Shown here one piece after another: positions 1-1,133 of a stretch of 1,133 nt of DNA. Numbering within the stretch: position 1 is the stretch's first letter; each line of letters opens with the position of its first letter. A program made the translations under genes and the position numbers. Under the pieces are notes generated by a model. It saw nothing but the letters and a program-made list of their open reading frames with translations, was not told the origin of the DNA and made no database searches. Where the stretch lies: NCBI RefSeq assembly GCF_003334405.1, contig NZ_QOWM01000047.1. One strand, given 5' to 3'. The DNA is from Escherichia coli. Lineage in GTDB: Bacteria; Pseudomonadota; Gammaproteobacteria; Enterobacterales; Enterobacteriaceae.

Positions 1-1133
1 AAAAACTGGATCGACAAAGAAGAATATCCGCAATCCGCAGCCATCGACCTGCGTTGCGTAAATATGGTTGCCGATCTGTGGCATGCGCCTGCGCCGAAAA
101 ATGGTCAGGCCGTTGGCACCAACACCATTGGTTCTTCCGAGGCCTGTATGCTCGGCGGGATGGCGATGAAATGGCGTTGGCGCAAGCGTATGGAAGCTGC
201 AGGCAAACCAACGGATAAACCAAACCTGGTGTGCGGTCCGGTACAAATCTGCTGGCATAAATTCGCCCGCTACTGGGATGTGGAGCTGCGTGAGATCCCT
301 ATGCGCCCCGGTCAGTTGTTTATGGACCCGAAACGCATGATTGAAGCCTGTGACGAAAACACCATCGGCGTGGTGCCGACTTTCGGCGTGACCTACACCG
401 GTAACTATGAGTTCCCACAACCGCTGCACGATGCGCTGGATAAATTCCAGGCCGACACCGGTATCGACATCGACATGCACATCGACGCTGCCAGCGGTGG
501 CTTCCTGGCACCGTTCGTCGCCCCGGATATCGTCTGGGACTTCCGCCTGCCGCGTGTGAAATCGATCAGTGCTTCAGGCCATAAATTCGGTCTGGCTCCG
601 CTGGGCTGCGGCTGGGTTATCTGGCGTGACGAAGAAGCGCTGCCGCAGGAACTGGTGTTCAACGTTGACTACCTGGGTGGTCAAATTGGTACTTTTGCCA
701 TCAACTTCTCCCGCCCGGCGGGTCAGGTAATTGCACAGTACTATGAATTCCTGCGCCTCGGTCGTGAAGGCTATACCAAAGTACAGAACGCCTCTTACCA
801 GGTTGCCGCTTATCTGGCGGATGAAATCGCCAAACTGGGGCCGTATGAGTTCATCTGTACGGGTCGCCCGGACGAAGGCATCCCGGCGGTTTGCTTCAAA
901 CTGAAAGATGGTGAAGATCCGGGATACACCCTGTACGACCTCTCTGAACGTCTGCGTCTGCGCGGCTGGCAGGTTCCGGCCTTCACTCTCGGCGGTGAAG
1001 CCACCGACATCGTGGTGATGCGCATTATGTGTCGTCGCGGCTTCGAAATGGACTTTGCTGAACTGTTGCTGGAAGACTACAAAGCCTCCCTGAAATATCT
1101 CAGCGATCACCCGAAACTGCAGGGTATTGCCCA
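1..1133 (+). CDS. gadB: Glutamate decarboxylase (PLP-dependent, group II decarboxylase family), internal fragment truncated at both ends; about residues 82-458 of the 466-aa GadA/GadB protein
   Basis: Frame 1 on the + strand is open across the whole window (377 codons, no stops). The translation matches the E. coli GadA/GadB sequence as I recall it, including the SxSGHK PLP-lysine motif (codons at 568-585), the IDIDMHID segment (463-486) and the C-terminal region [17 protein letters not shown] (1081-1131). Codon usage (CTG, CCG, GGT, CGT, AAA rich) is typical of E. coli. GadA and GadB differ almost only in the N-terminal residues, which are outside this window, so the gadB symbol is a guess between two paralogs. 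Confidence 0.96.
568..585 (+). other. PLP-binding active-site motif S-A-S-G-H-K; the Schiff-base lysine codon AAA is at 583-585 (Lys276 in GadB numbering)
   Basis: Direct translation of 568-585 gives SASGHK. An S-x-x-x-H-K motif carrying the pyridoxal-phosphate lysine is characteristic of group II PLP decarboxylases. The residue number follows from window codon 1 being Lys82. Confidence 0.85.

Noticed and set aside
320-511. 63-aa Arg/Cys-rich ORF on the minus strand
   Set aside because: An Arg/Cys-rich translation is typical of antisense reading of GC-rich coding DNA, and it overlaps the real gene completely.
405-662. 85-aa ORF on the minus strand
   Set aside because: Antisense to the gad coding frame with a low-complexity, Ser/Cys-rich translation and no recognisable motif; a shadow ORF.
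810-1025. 71-aa ORF on the minus strand
   Set aside because: Antisense shadow ORF nested within the 574-1110 shadow ORF region, with no independent support.
574-1110. 178-aa ORF on the minus strand
   Set aside because: It lies entirely antisense to the strongly supported gad reading frame. Its translation has no recognisable domain, and long antisense shadow ORFs are expected opposite GC-rich, codon-biased genes.
1-1133. Possible promoter, GadX/GadW/GadE binding sites, terminator or small RNA
   Set aside because: The window is coding sequence from edge to edge. The known gad regulatory sites lie upstream of the start codon, outside this fragment, and no intergenic DNA is present to support such calls.
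1-1133. Mobile element, CRISPR array or novel defence/accessory system
   Set aside because: There are no inverted or long direct repeats and no repeat-spacer periodicity. The single continuous reading frame encodes a well-known housekeeping/acid-resistance enzyme.

Overview
The whole 1133-bp window is an internal fragment of one + strand gene, read in frame 1 with no stop codon across 377 codons. Its translation ([35 protein letters not shown] ... [18 protein letters not shown] ... [17 protein letters not shown]) matches, from memory, the E. coli/Shigella PLP-dependent glutamate decarboxylase GadA/GadB of the glutamate-dependent acid-resistance system. It corresponds to about residues 82-458 of the 466-aa protein, so both the start and the stop codon lie outside the window. 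The window has no intergenic DNA, so no promoter, terminator, RNA gene, mobile element or CRISPR array can be supported. The four minus-strand ORFs in the track are antisense shadows of this gene. I do not see evidence of a novel or undescribed system here; this is a well-characterised gene, and the findings below are low-to-moderate interest observations.
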